Assembly (NCBI GenBank): GCA_043228905.1
Contig: JBHGNT010000948.1
Span: 1-13,488, forward strand
Length of the DNA stretch: 13,488 nt
Reading direction: 5' to 3'
Source of the DNA: Azolla caroliniana
Lineage: Eukaryota > Plantae > Polypodiophyta
Below are positions 1-8,906 of the stretch, piece after piece; the first letter of the stretch is position 1, and every line of letters starts with the position of its first letter. The position numbers and the translations under genes are program-made. The notes below the pieces were generated by a model. That model saw nothing but the letters and a program-made list of their open reading frames with translations, had not been told where the DNA came from and made no database searches.

Positions 1-699
1 AAGAAATTTTGTTCTCTACAACATGGAATGCAAACACACTCCTCAAATTGTACAATCTTCTTGTATACACATAATATCTAGACAAATAAATTCTTGAAGA
101 TTGCTCTATTTTCAATGATACATTTTGGAAACATAAAGATAGAAAGAACGTCCTAGTCTAAGGGGTTCTAGTCTCTACATCTGAGCTAAAGATCAAGTGC
201 TCCAACTAGGGCAATGAAAATAGCTTCCATGGTTAGAAACATTATGAGGATCTTGATATATGTGGGAACACTAGAAACGTTGAGATGCATATGCTTGTTT
301 CTTAAATACCTCCTTGAGAACGGAACGGGTGATAATATTTAGGTCTAGTACATGTCAAATATTGCAAGATCTAGGAAGATCTTCTGATCATGTTTCTCCT
401 ATATCACATATGTGAGCCTTGACATGAAGGGAATGAAATGAAGTACCCCTCCAAAATTCATAACAAGTTGTAACAAAGAGAAAAAGGGAGGGTAAATCCA
501 ATGTGAAGAAATTAAGGAGAGTGGGTCCAAAGGTCTTAATATGATAAGTTATGTAAATATGTAAAGGACTTGGATGAGATTGTGGAAGGAGTGACAAAGA
601 GGAGAAGGAATTAAACAAGTTAGGAGGAGAATTCATTGTGCAAATTATAGGAGGCCATTAGGCCAAATTGATCAACGTAGAATATGGTATGGTTCAACC

Positions 700-1125
700 A
701 TGCCTACCCAGGACCTTTTGTAATGTACCTATATACTCTTCGGGCCGAACACCCGTTTCCAAGAGCATAACCTAGTAAGAGGTAGTGCATTTAACTCCTA
801 ATTGCCTCCTTAAAGACATCTTTTGAATTTTCTCAATCTCATTCCATGCATCAAGAGAGATATTGCCACCCCATACTTCTACTCCATAAAGCAATAATTG
901 AGTTACTATGGCATCGAACAACAATAGTTTTACTTCCCATCCACAAGTATCATTTTGGTTGTATTGATTCTCTAAAAGGTAATACGATTTCCAATTGCTT
1001 GAAGCCTAGAATCAAATCATCCACTCCATTTATTTGTGGCGGGTACGTCAATACAAAAATATTTAAAGCTTTGAACAACTTGTATATGTTTGTAAAGAAT
1101 CGATGGTGATTCTTGTGTAGTGGAA
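700..1125 (-). pseudogene. Degenerate non-LTR retrotransposon (LINE, RTE/CR1-like) ORF2 fragment, C-terminal to the RT core
   Basis: Manual minus-strand translation gives VVQSFKYFCIDVPATNKW (the FKYLG motif), then after a frameshift WKSYYLLENQ...WEVKLLLFDAIVTQLLLYGVEVWGG...WNEIEKIQKMSLRRQLGVKCTTSY*VMLLETGVRP. This matches the KL.LF...V...LLYG.EVW...IQK.FLR..LG pattern of LINE ORF2. Stops and frameshifts are present. Confidence 0.8.
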
Positions 1126-1140
1126 TAGGTTAGAGATGTG

Positions 1141-1145
1141 TGTTA

Positions 1146-1200
<55 letters not shown>

Positions 1201-1505
1201 GAGAAACACAAGATAGATAGGCAATAGAAAATACTCAAGAAGATTTTATACTACAAAGGAGATTAACCGACATATTACAAAGTAGGAGGAGAGTGCTTTA
1301 TATAGTCCCTCTCTCTCTTCATTAAGTACCGAAGCTCATGAGTCATGGGGAATGTGAAAACTCATTAGTTATGTGTCAAAGAATGTGATTCTATGACACA
1401 TAGTTAATGTGTAAAGAGTACTAGTGTGACTTTTGACCTTTGAGTGTTCATAAACTCTCAAGGGTGTGTTCACACACTAGGCTAGGTTGAGCTTGATTCT
1501 CAACA
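1141..1505 (-). repeat. 3' LTR of the Copia element
   Basis: Begins TGTTG on the minus strand at 1505, directly after the PPT. Contains a TATA-like CTATATAAAG (minus strand, ~1296-1305). Ends ...TAACA at 1141, or alternatively at ~1128. The partner LTR lies outside the window, so the left boundary is approximate. Confidence 0.75.
1146..1193. repeat. Compound microsatellite (TG)10(AG)14 within the Copia LTR
   Basis: Read directly from the sequence. Confidence 0.95.
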
Positions 1506-1519
1506 CGCCCCCTCAAGCT
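1506..1519 (-). promoter_or_regulatory. Copia polypurine tract (PPT)
   Basis: Minus-strand AGCTTGAGGGGGCG immediately precedes the TGTTG LTR start; this is the typical Copia LRG-encoding PPT. Confidence 0.85.
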
Positions 1520-1611
1520 CAACTTTGGTCGGCTTGTCCGCTTCAATTGGTAACCCGGTTCGAACGGTATCCGGTTCTCTCTTGTTTGGTGTCTGCTTGG
1601 ACGTTTGGACG

Positions 1612-2110
1612 TACTCCCCCTCAAGCTTGGCAAGTCAAGAATCATCAATCCAAGGTCTGAGATGAATTGCCGAAGCTTGTCATCTCCTAGGGCTTTGGTG
1701 AAGATGTCGGTTTTCTCAAGATTTGTGTTGATGTGTTGAAGGTCGACATCTCCAGCTTGAACGCGCTCTCGAATGAAGTGATAATGCACTTCGATATGCT
1801 TCGTGCATGCGTGGAACACCGGGTTCTGAGCCAGATGAATATTGCTCATTTTGTCACAGTAAAGGGGAATTGGATCTTTAATGGGAACACCCAGATCCTT
1901 CAATATCCTCTTGAGCCACACGACGTCACATGCAGCCACTCCCGCGCCCATGTATTCGGCCTCTGTGCTCGAAAGAGCGACGGTTGGTTGCTTCTTACTA
2001 CTCCTGGAGATGTCTCCACTTCCAAGGGAGAAGACGAAACAAAAGGTTCACTTGATCGTCGATCACCTTTGTAGCCAGTCTAGTCGGCATCTGTGTATCC
2101 TTCGAGTTGA
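1612..2110 (-). pseudogene. Copia RNase H domain
   Basis: GYTDAD*(W), SKKQPTVALSSTEAEY, LYCDK(N), NPVFHACTKHIEVHYHFIRE and DIFTKAL motifs; stop codon at 2080-2082. Confidence 0.92.
1614..1627 (-). promoter_or_regulatory. Second, upstream PPT-like copy
   Basis: Minus-strand AGCTTGAGGGGGAG; 12 bp are identical to the PPT and lie 108 bp upstream of it. Confidence 0.7.
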
Positions 2111-3050
2111 ATTAGCATGGCCGACTTATAGAGAATGCCATAGTCCATCGTTCCACTCACGTATCGTAGCACTCGCTTAGCACAATCCAAATGGATATCT
2201 CGTGGAGTTTGCATGAATTGGTTAAGGAGGTCGACCGGATAGCTTAGGTCGGGTTGGGTAATCGTGAGGTAGATGAGGCTCCCGATCAGTTGTTGATACT
2301 GAGTTGGCTCAAACTCTGTAATGCCAGAGTTGGTATCCAGTTTGAGGTTTCGATCGAGAGGGGTTGCCATAGATTTGCACTCAGTCATCCCGAACTTGTA
2401 TAACAAGTTAAGGATGTACTATCGTTGAGAGGCCATTACTTTGGTTGGAGTCTGGATTACTTCAATGCCAAGGAAGTAATGGACTTCTTTCATGTCTGCC
2501 ATCTCGAATTTGCTGGAGAGGAGGGACTTGACCTTGTTAACGTTGACTAGATGCTCACCTCCAATGACCAGATCATCCACGTATAGGATGATGACAAACG
2601 GGCTTTCAGAATCACTTCTTATATAGAGAGAATTGTCAGATTTTGACATTCGGAAGCCAATTAGATGAAGATATTGTGTTATCTTTGAATGCTAAGCATG
2701 TGATGCTTGCTTAAGGCCGTAGAGAGGCTTCTTGAGTTAGCAGATGGCTTTCAGATGAATGTTGGATTCAAACTTGGGTGGATGTACCATGCACACCTCC
2801 TCTTCTAATTTGCCTTGAAGAAAGGCGTTCTTGACATCCATCTGGTGGAGGTGGCACCCTTTCACTACAACAAGCCCTTTGCTATAAGTCGAGCTTTGTA
2901 TACCCATTTGCCGTTGATTGCCTTCTTGTGCGGTGAGTGAGGGATGCGATCCCATGTCTCGTTCTTGCTGAGAGCTTGCATCTCCTGGTTCATCGCTTCA
3001 ACCCATCACGGATCTTTAGTGGCTTCGACAAAGCTCTCCGGTTCTCGTAC
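2111..3050 (-). pseudogene. Copia reverse transcriptase (RVT_2), disrupted
   Basis: EPESFVEA..DP*WVEAMNQEM..L..NETW, KWVYKARLIAKG, HQMDVKNAFLQG, LYGLKQA, ILYVDDLVI (YVDD at 2572-2583), YFLGIEV, YQQLIGSLIYLTITQPDLSY. Multiple stops, frameshifts and deletions. Confidence 0.95.
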
Positions 3051-3625
3051 TGCTGCTACCTTCATCATAAAGACATAATGGTATGCCATATAGTCGTTGT
3101 AGCCAAATCGGCTAACCGTATTCTTCTCTCGGGTAGAGAGACAGAGTTTCTCATTTGCCAATGTGAGTGCTTTCTTAACTCCGGGTGACCTCATAAGAGG
3201 CACATCAAACCCATCAAACTCACTATCGAGTGAGTGAGTCGATTCGTTGTCGTCGAATTGATCATCTTCATATTCCGACATTTTGCCCTTCTTTGTCCAT
3301 CTTTGGACTTGGCCGAGATGTGCATCACCTTCAGTTTGTTGAGATTGATATGGCCGATTCATTTATGCCATAACTCTATGTCGGTGTTTGGTTAGAGGCC
3401 CTTTGTAAACATGGCCGATTTCACCTCGTTCGATTTAAGGATAAACATTCGGCCTTCCCTTCGACCACGAGCAATTAGTCAGCCTTCCTTCTCGATGAGG
3501 CAACCACCTTGGTTGAATCGAACTTGCATCCCTTGCTCCACAATTGGGTCGACCGAGACCAAATTCTTCATTATGGTGGGTACATGCAAGAAATTTTTTA
3601 TACAAGTTCGTTCACCTTCTTTGTT
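3051..3625 (-). pseudogene. Copia protease C-terminus and GAG-pre-integrase region fused to the INT-RT linker; integrase core absent
   Basis: CIKNFLHVPTIMKNLVSV...GGCLIE...ARGRREGRMF...IELWHK*IGHINLNKLKVM jumps at ~3320 to KGKMSEYEDD...RFGYNDYMAYHY. No rve core motifs are present. Confidence 0.8.
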
Positions 3626-3639
3626 TGTTCACCTTCTTC

Positions 3640-4190
3640 CGCATTCGATCGAGGTTTGTCAGCTCGGACCGGAATGGAAGCTCCCCCTTCTTCCGTATGT
3701 TCCTCGATGGCTTCCGTCTTGTTGCTAAAATTAGGAATTATTTTCGTAAGTTGGACCTCATCCGCCTCGTCCTTGGCCGAATCGCCCTCTTGCTCGGTTG
3801 CGTCCTCTTCCTCCCTTCAAATGTGTGTAAAGAATGTGGCCTTCCGAAGCATATTGCTCCTCGTTCGAACATGGTTTTCTTCAACCGACAACATGCATTG
3901 AAGATCAAAGAAAGAGGGAGGATTCTCCCTTGCTAGTACGACGGTCCTCATTGCGTCGAACCATGGTGCAAGGCCGTTGAGGCATATTTGCACCATCTCA
4001 TCATCGTCCACATTGACGCTTATTGAGCCGAGCGAGTCACAAAGCTCCTTGATCTTCAAGGTGTAGCTTGTGAAAAACATATCCCTTTGTTGGATGTTGT
4101 TCAACTCTTGGCGTAGTTGAAGCTTTCTTGTGGTTGTGTTGGCCGCGAAAATCATCCATAGATTCTCCCACACTTCCTTTGGCATCACGG
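3640..4190 (-). pseudogene. Copia gag (UBN2/Retrotran_gag_2-like) with an RG-rich segment; N-terminus cut off by the Gypsy insertion
   Basis: PKEVWENL..IFAANTTTRKLQLRQELNNIQQ...YTLKIKELCDSLGSI...LNGL...PSFFDLQCMLSVEE, followed by GRGRNRARGRFGQGRGG. Confidence 0.88.
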
Positions 4191-4479
4191 TGTCATGTGG
4201 TTTTTCACACACGATATGAAAACTAGTAAATCAATTATTTAAGATTAGCTTAATGTATTCATATGTAAAGATAGATGTCTTCAAGAGCTTCATAACGTAT
4301 TTTATTATGCCTAAAACGGATAAACAAGTATCAAGTAAAAAAGAAAAGACAAAACTGTGAGGTATCCCACATAGACAGGACAACATTGGAACCTAGGATA
4401 TATAAGGGAAACCAAAACATATTCATTATATCAATGTGTGGAGCATAGAATGTTCAAGGTGACTTGGGCTACATTGTGT

Positions 4480-4849
4480 GGTGTGCACGTTTCGAACGTA
4501 CACACGTGTGCATGGACGTGTGGATGCTTCAGGCGTATGCGTATATGCATGGCCGTGTGGATGGGTTGTGTGGATGCTTTGGGTGTACGCGCATGTGCAC
4601 GGTCGTGTGGATGCTTCGGGCATACGCGTGCACGGCATTGTGGGACACTCGGACGGACGCGCGTGTGCACGACCTTGTGGGATGCTCGGACGGACGCGCT
4701 GTCGTGTGAACGCTTCGGGCATACGTGTGCACGGCCTCGTGGGATGCTCGGACGGACGCGCGGATGCGTACATATCTTGCTCGGGACACGCGCGTGCGTG
4801 GATGCGTACATTGTGCGGTCCGGGACTTTTGCGCGTGGACGCGACTACG
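4480..4849 (+). repeat. CG-rich degenerate minisatellite array in the LTR, forward orientation
   Basis: Recurrent GTGTGGA(T/C)GCTTCGGGCATACGCGTGCACGGCCTCGTGGGATGCTCGGACGGACGC modules. Confidence 0.9.
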
Positions 4850-5278
4850 CACACGCGCGTCCCGAGCAAGCTATGTACGCATCTGCGTATCCGTCCGGGC
4901 AATCCGTGTACGCATTCGTCCATCCGTCCGAGCATCCCACGAGGCCGTGCACGCGTATGCCCGAAGCGTCCACACGGCCACGCAAAAGTCCCGACTGCAC
5001 AGTGTACGCATCCACCCACGCGCGCGTCCCGAGCAAGCTGTGTACGCATCCTTGCGTCTGTCCGAGCATCCCACGAGGCCGTGCACGCGTATGCCCGAAA
5101 CGTCCACACGGCCGTGCACATGCGCATACACCCACGCATCTGCACGTCCCACGATGACGTGCATGCGTATGCCCGAAGCATCCACACGACCGTGCAGACG
5201 CTCGTACACCCAAAGCATCCACACGGCCGTGCATGCACGTGCGTACACCCAAAGCATCCACACGGCCATGCATGCACT
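4850..5278 (-). repeat. Inverted block of the same repeat modules
   Basis: 4923-4975 is the reverse complement of 4704-4756 (51/53 identical). 4981-5109 is the reverse complement of 4704-4833 (~90%). Confidence 0.92.
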
Positions 5279-5281
5279 CGA

Positions 5282-6164
5282 GTACACTGTGCGGTCGGGA
5301 CTTTTGCGGGTGGACGCGTGGACGGTTTGGTTGCGACGCACGTACGGATTACGCACGGGCTGAACTTTATGGATGATTAGGTCATTTGGATGAATTTTAT
5401 GGATGGTCAGATGCAACTAAAAGCCAAGGCCATGCAACTAAAAGTAAAAGGCAGTGTGGATGCTTCGGGCATATGCGTGCACGGCCTCGTGGGACGCTCC
5501 GACGGACGCGCAGACGCGCGGATGCGTGGGTGTACGCACGTGTGCACGGCCGTGCATGACCCCTAGCTTGCTCGGGACGCGCGCGCGCGTGGATGCGTAC
5601 ACTGTGCGGTCGGGACTTTTGCGCATGGACGCGTCTACGGTTTGGTTGTGACGCACGTACGGATTATGCACGGGCTAAACTTTATGGATGATTAGGTCAT
5701 TTGGCCGAATTTTACGGATGGTCGGATGCAACTAAAAGCCATGGCCATGCAACTAAAAGTAAAAGGCAGTGTGGACGCTTCGGGCATATGCGTGCACGGC
5801 CTCGTGGGACGCTCCGACGGACGCACGGATGTGTGGGTGTACGCATGTGTGCACGACTGTCTGGCCGCTTCGGGCATACGCGTGCACAGCCTCGTGGGTT
5901 GCTCGAACGGACGCACGGATGCGTACACTGCTTGCTTAGATGGACGCGCGGATGCGTACACGGCTTGCTCGGGACGCGCGCGTGGGTGGATGCGTACACT
6001 GCGCGGTCGGGACTTTTGCACACGGACGCGTCTACGGTTTGGTTGCGACGCACGTACGGATTACACATGGGCTAAACTTTATGGATGATTAAGTCATTTG
6101 GCCGAATTTTACGGATGGTCGGATGCAACTAAAAGCTAAGGCCATGCAACTAAAAGTAAAAGGC
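5282..6164 (+). repeat. Higher-order tandem repeat: partial unit 5282-5452, 315-bp unit 5453-5767, 397-bp unit 5768-6164
   Basis: The marker CTTTATGGATGATTA(G/A)GTCATTTGG...ATGCAACTAAAAGTAAAAGGC recurs at 5365, 5680 and 6077. Confidence 0.92.
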
Positions 6165-6233
6165 TTGCAACTAAAAATGGAAGCATGCAACTAAAAGTAG
6201 AGGCCATGCAACTGAAAGTGGACATGCAAAGTA
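6123..6233 (+). repeat. 18-21-bp tandem repeat (ATGCAACTAAAAGTAGAGGCC-like), about 5.5 copies
   Basis: Units start at 6123, 6144, 6165, 6185, 6206 and 6224. Confidence 0.9.
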
Positions 6234-6390
6234 ACATTGGGAAGGAGGATCAAGAAAGAGCTCGATATATGTCCCATTTTTTCCCACTAATTGTTTTCTT
6301 TTCCTCTCTTCTTCTCTCTCCCATTCCTTGGGGAAGAATAATCTCTCATATTCATATTGGACCACTCCTTACATGGTTGTTGGCTCCTTT

Positions 6391-6479
6391 CTATAAAATT
6401 TTTATCTCTCATTTTCATCTCTAACCCGTTGTAACAAGATTCTTGAATTATAAAAGAATATATTTTCTTATGCAATAAA
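6391..6479 (+). promoter_or_regulatory. Candidate LTR TATA box (CTATAAAA, 6391-6398) and polyadenylation signal (AATAAA, 6474-6479)
   Basis: Motif match and position near the 3' end of the LTR only; the AT-rich context makes chance matches likely. Confidence 0.35.
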
Positions 6480-6621
6480 TGAACATTTTCTCTCATCTAC
6501 TCGTCTTATATGTGAATTTTGCTTGTGTTGTACATGTTGCACTAATTCCTTCTAGTCCAGAACCCCGGCAGTTCCGCCTCGCGATCCGCACATAGGGACG
6601 GATTTTCACGACATAATTAAG

Positions 6622-6639
6622 TGGTGAACCCGACGTGAA
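6622..6639 (+). promoter_or_regulatory. Primer binding site complementary to tRNA-Trp
   Basis: TGGTGAACCCGACGTGAA is the reverse complement of TTCACGTCGGGTTCACCA, the 3' end of plant cytosolic tRNA-Trp(CCA) as I recall it. Confidence 0.88.
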
Positions 6640-6667
6640 AGTGGCGGTAGGGAGGATATCAAGTGCA

Positions 6668-8380
6668 ATGATGGCTTCCACAAGCGGAACTCTAGGAGAG
6701 GAATTAACAAAAGGCATGGTGTCTGTAGTGGAATACATGTTGAAGGTGAGAGATCGAGAAGCTTTAATCGACAAAATTGTTGATCGTACGATCGAGATAG
6801 CTGGACGATTTGGTGGCAAGAATATCACGGATTTTCTTTCTACCTATCGGAACGAGATGCAACAAAGGGATGTCAATGATCTGAAACAAATTTCTAGCTT
6901 CAAACGTGTGGTGGAACCAGGGATCCGCGAGTGCGTCATGGAGATCCAAAATGAGCATGCAACTTGGGCGAGTTCGAAAAGACGCTTCACGTTGAATACA
7001 TGCTTGAAGATGCATCACGGATGACTCGACATACGCTAATGTCTTGGATCGAGAAGAAAGGGAAGAATATGTGTGTGTCTGGAGTATATGTCAAATTCGA
7101 CCAGAAGTACATCCGACTTTCGAGTGTTGATCAATGAGTTCTCGATGGAGATAAAGTCCTACTATTCCTAAAGGCAGTGGATGCAAAAGATCGACGAGAA
7201 TTGGGCAACTTTTTGGAGGAGAAAACACAACCAAATGGTTTGGTAGTGGACTAGGCGACAGTGAAGAAGGCTTGTAACCGTCTTAATAAGTGTCGACAAT
7301 GGCAAGAGGAAACTGATATGGAGAATCCACAATCGTGGAGGAGGAAGACGCCTATGACGATCGAGCCTTGCAAGCCGATCAACAATTTTGACAAGAAAGC
7401 GATGGAAGAATCCATAATCGAAGAGCTCTCCAAGAAGTTTGAAGTGGTATCGTTGGCCAACTTAGGTCAACATGGGTCCAAGGGAAAAGAAGCGTATAGA
7501 TGTCTGTGGTGTGACAGCTTCGAGCATCGCGAAGGGAGTGCATTGACTTGCAAGACGCGATTCGCAAGAACGTCGTCTATTTGGACGACAACATGATTCA
7601 TTCGAGCGAGACCCGGAAGCCACTACAAGTGAACTTCGGAAGAGGAGGGTTGAAAAAGATCGTGGAAGAGGAAGATGTAAGGCATGTAGAAGCTATGCAC
7701 TATGCCGCATCGGCGGGAATACGAGTTGGAAGAGAGAATCTAAAGACGATAAAGCCGGGAGCTGGATTTTGGCCAACGGTATTCGAGTGCGAAAAGAAAG
7801 GAAAAATAGATTTGGAGGATCTAAAACATGCTGATCGGAATGTGCGACGAGTTACCGGATGGTAGGATCTAGTCAACGATAACACAAGCTTTGCGGAGGT
7901 TGTGTGTGACAACTATGAAGCTCTTGTTGAAGAGAAGAGGAAAAGAACCGGTGAAGAAGATGGCACATCAAAGCGTCACAATACGAGGAATGCAGGGAAA
8001 GAAGGACAAGCCCAACCTACGCCAGGAAAAGAGATCGGAGAAACAAGCATGAAGCCCGGTGGATCGAGCCGAACTTCTTGGATGGATGTCGATGAATTTG
8101 TGAAGAAAGGAAAAGAATGAGCGGCGCCGACTTACAAGCTAAGGTCGGACATAGAACAAACAACCAACTTGCGGAAGGTCCTTGAGGAGAAGGTTTTAGA
8201 TAGTCATGTCGACCTTACTTTGAGAGAGCTACTTGGGATCACTAAGAAGGAGTTCCACGATACTATCGTGGACTTGATTAAGTGGAAGCGGTAACAATCG
8301 GATGAAGAGGAGGTGAAAACAAGTGCCATAACCATGGCAAGATCGGAAGAGGAGGAGGAAGAAGAAGTGATGGAGGACAA
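6668..8380 (+). pseudogene. Gypsy gag, disrupted, with a CCHC zinc knuckle
   Basis: MASTSG...GRFGGKNITDFLSTY...EYMLEDASRMTR...KVLLFLKAVD..DRRELG. The knuckle CLWCDSFEH-x-C at 7501-7541 is broken by a 1-nt deletion. YKLRSDIE...LTLRELLG precedes the protease. Several stops and frameshifts. Confidence 0.85.
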
Positions 8381-8852
8381 CCATTACTCTCGGCCTCATT
8401 GGGCAAGAGCGACAATGGAGACGCCGGTGAAGATCAAAGAGAAGAAAGAGACCATGGTAGCCTTGATTGACCATGGTTCGGAGATCAACCTCATGTCGAC
8501 AGAATTCTACAAGAAAGGAAGATGGCCGATCAACACAAACCACAGATAGAAGTTACGAGCAGCAACGAAGGCCACGGAAGACCTGTACAGAGCTTGCCCC
8601 AATGTTAAAGTCACGATCAGAGCTGTGGAGATGGATCAACACTTCTTTGTGCAAGACTCGGCTTCACATCCCATCATCCTAGGACAACCATATATCACAT
8701 CATCCCGGATGGAGACTAAGGTGTTCGATAATGGAGCGGACTTCGTGCGAGTCAAGAGCCTTGACAATCAAAGATCTGTTCAATTCCTTACGGTGCGGGC
8801 TAATCACGAAAGGAACCGAGATAGCCTTGGAGGCGAATCCTCAGATATTTAG
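8381..8852 (+). pseudogene. Gypsy aspartic protease, at the end of the gag-pro frame
   Basis: HWARATME...ALIDHGSEINLMS (DHG at 8469-8477)...HFFVQ...IILGQPY. Internal TAG at 8547; the frame ends at TAG 8850-8852. Confidence 0.9.
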
Positions 8853-8906
8853 AGTGGACTATTGAAGCGTGGGGCACAAATAGTCCGAGCAATCATAAGT
8901 CCCCAC
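8843..8906 (+). promoter_or_regulatory. Putative -1 programmed ribosomal frameshift signal (degenerate slippery site plus H-type pseudoknot)
   Basis: A GAT ATT heptamer (8843-8849), 6-nt spacer, stem 1 GGACTATT 8856-8863 / AATAGTCC 8879-8886, stem 2 GTGGGG 8869-8874 / CCCCAC 8901-8906. The -1 frame is open from 8825 to 9298. Confidence 0.7.

Larger units (their letters stand above)
1141..4190 (-). mobile_element. Ty1/Copia LTR retrotransposon, 3' part; internally deleted and interrupted in gag by a Gypsy insertion
   Basis: Minus-strand order is gag (UBN2-like), protease C-terminus, GAG-pre-integrase (WHK*IGH), RT (QMDVKNAF, YVDD), RNase H, PPT, then an LTR starting TGTTG. Confidence 0.95.
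4191..6613 (+). repeat. 5' LTR of the Gypsy element (2423 bp)
   Basis: Starts TGTCATG (TGTCGTG in the 3' copy) and ends CACGACA, a 7-bp terminal inverted repeat, just before the PBS. The first ~300 bp match the sequence from 12281 (about 18 substitutions plus one 25-bp indel). Confidence 0.9.

Noticed and set aside
846-3936. Plus-strand ORFs (846, 1733, 1881, 2937, 3411, 3509, 3544)
   Set aside because: Antisense shadows of the LINE and Copia coding sequence with no recognisable motifs.
4191-4212. N-terminus MCEKPHD of ORF 3817..4212
   Set aside because: It is read from the antisense strand of the Gypsy LTR and is a chance fusion across the insertion junction.
4426-6088. Numerous overlapping Arg/Cys/His/Ala-rich ORFs of up to 300 aa on both strands
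   Set aside because: They arise from CG-rich repeats that lack stop codons, are open in nearly all frames, and lie inside an LTR.
4480-6233. Repeat-spacer pattern resembling a CRISPR array
   Set aside because: The intervening segments are themselves repeats rather than unique spacers, unit lengths vary, no cas genes are present, and the context is eukaryotic.
6622-6639. tRNA gene
   Set aside because: Only 18 nt complementary to a tRNA 3' end including CCA, with no cloverleaf; it is a PBS.
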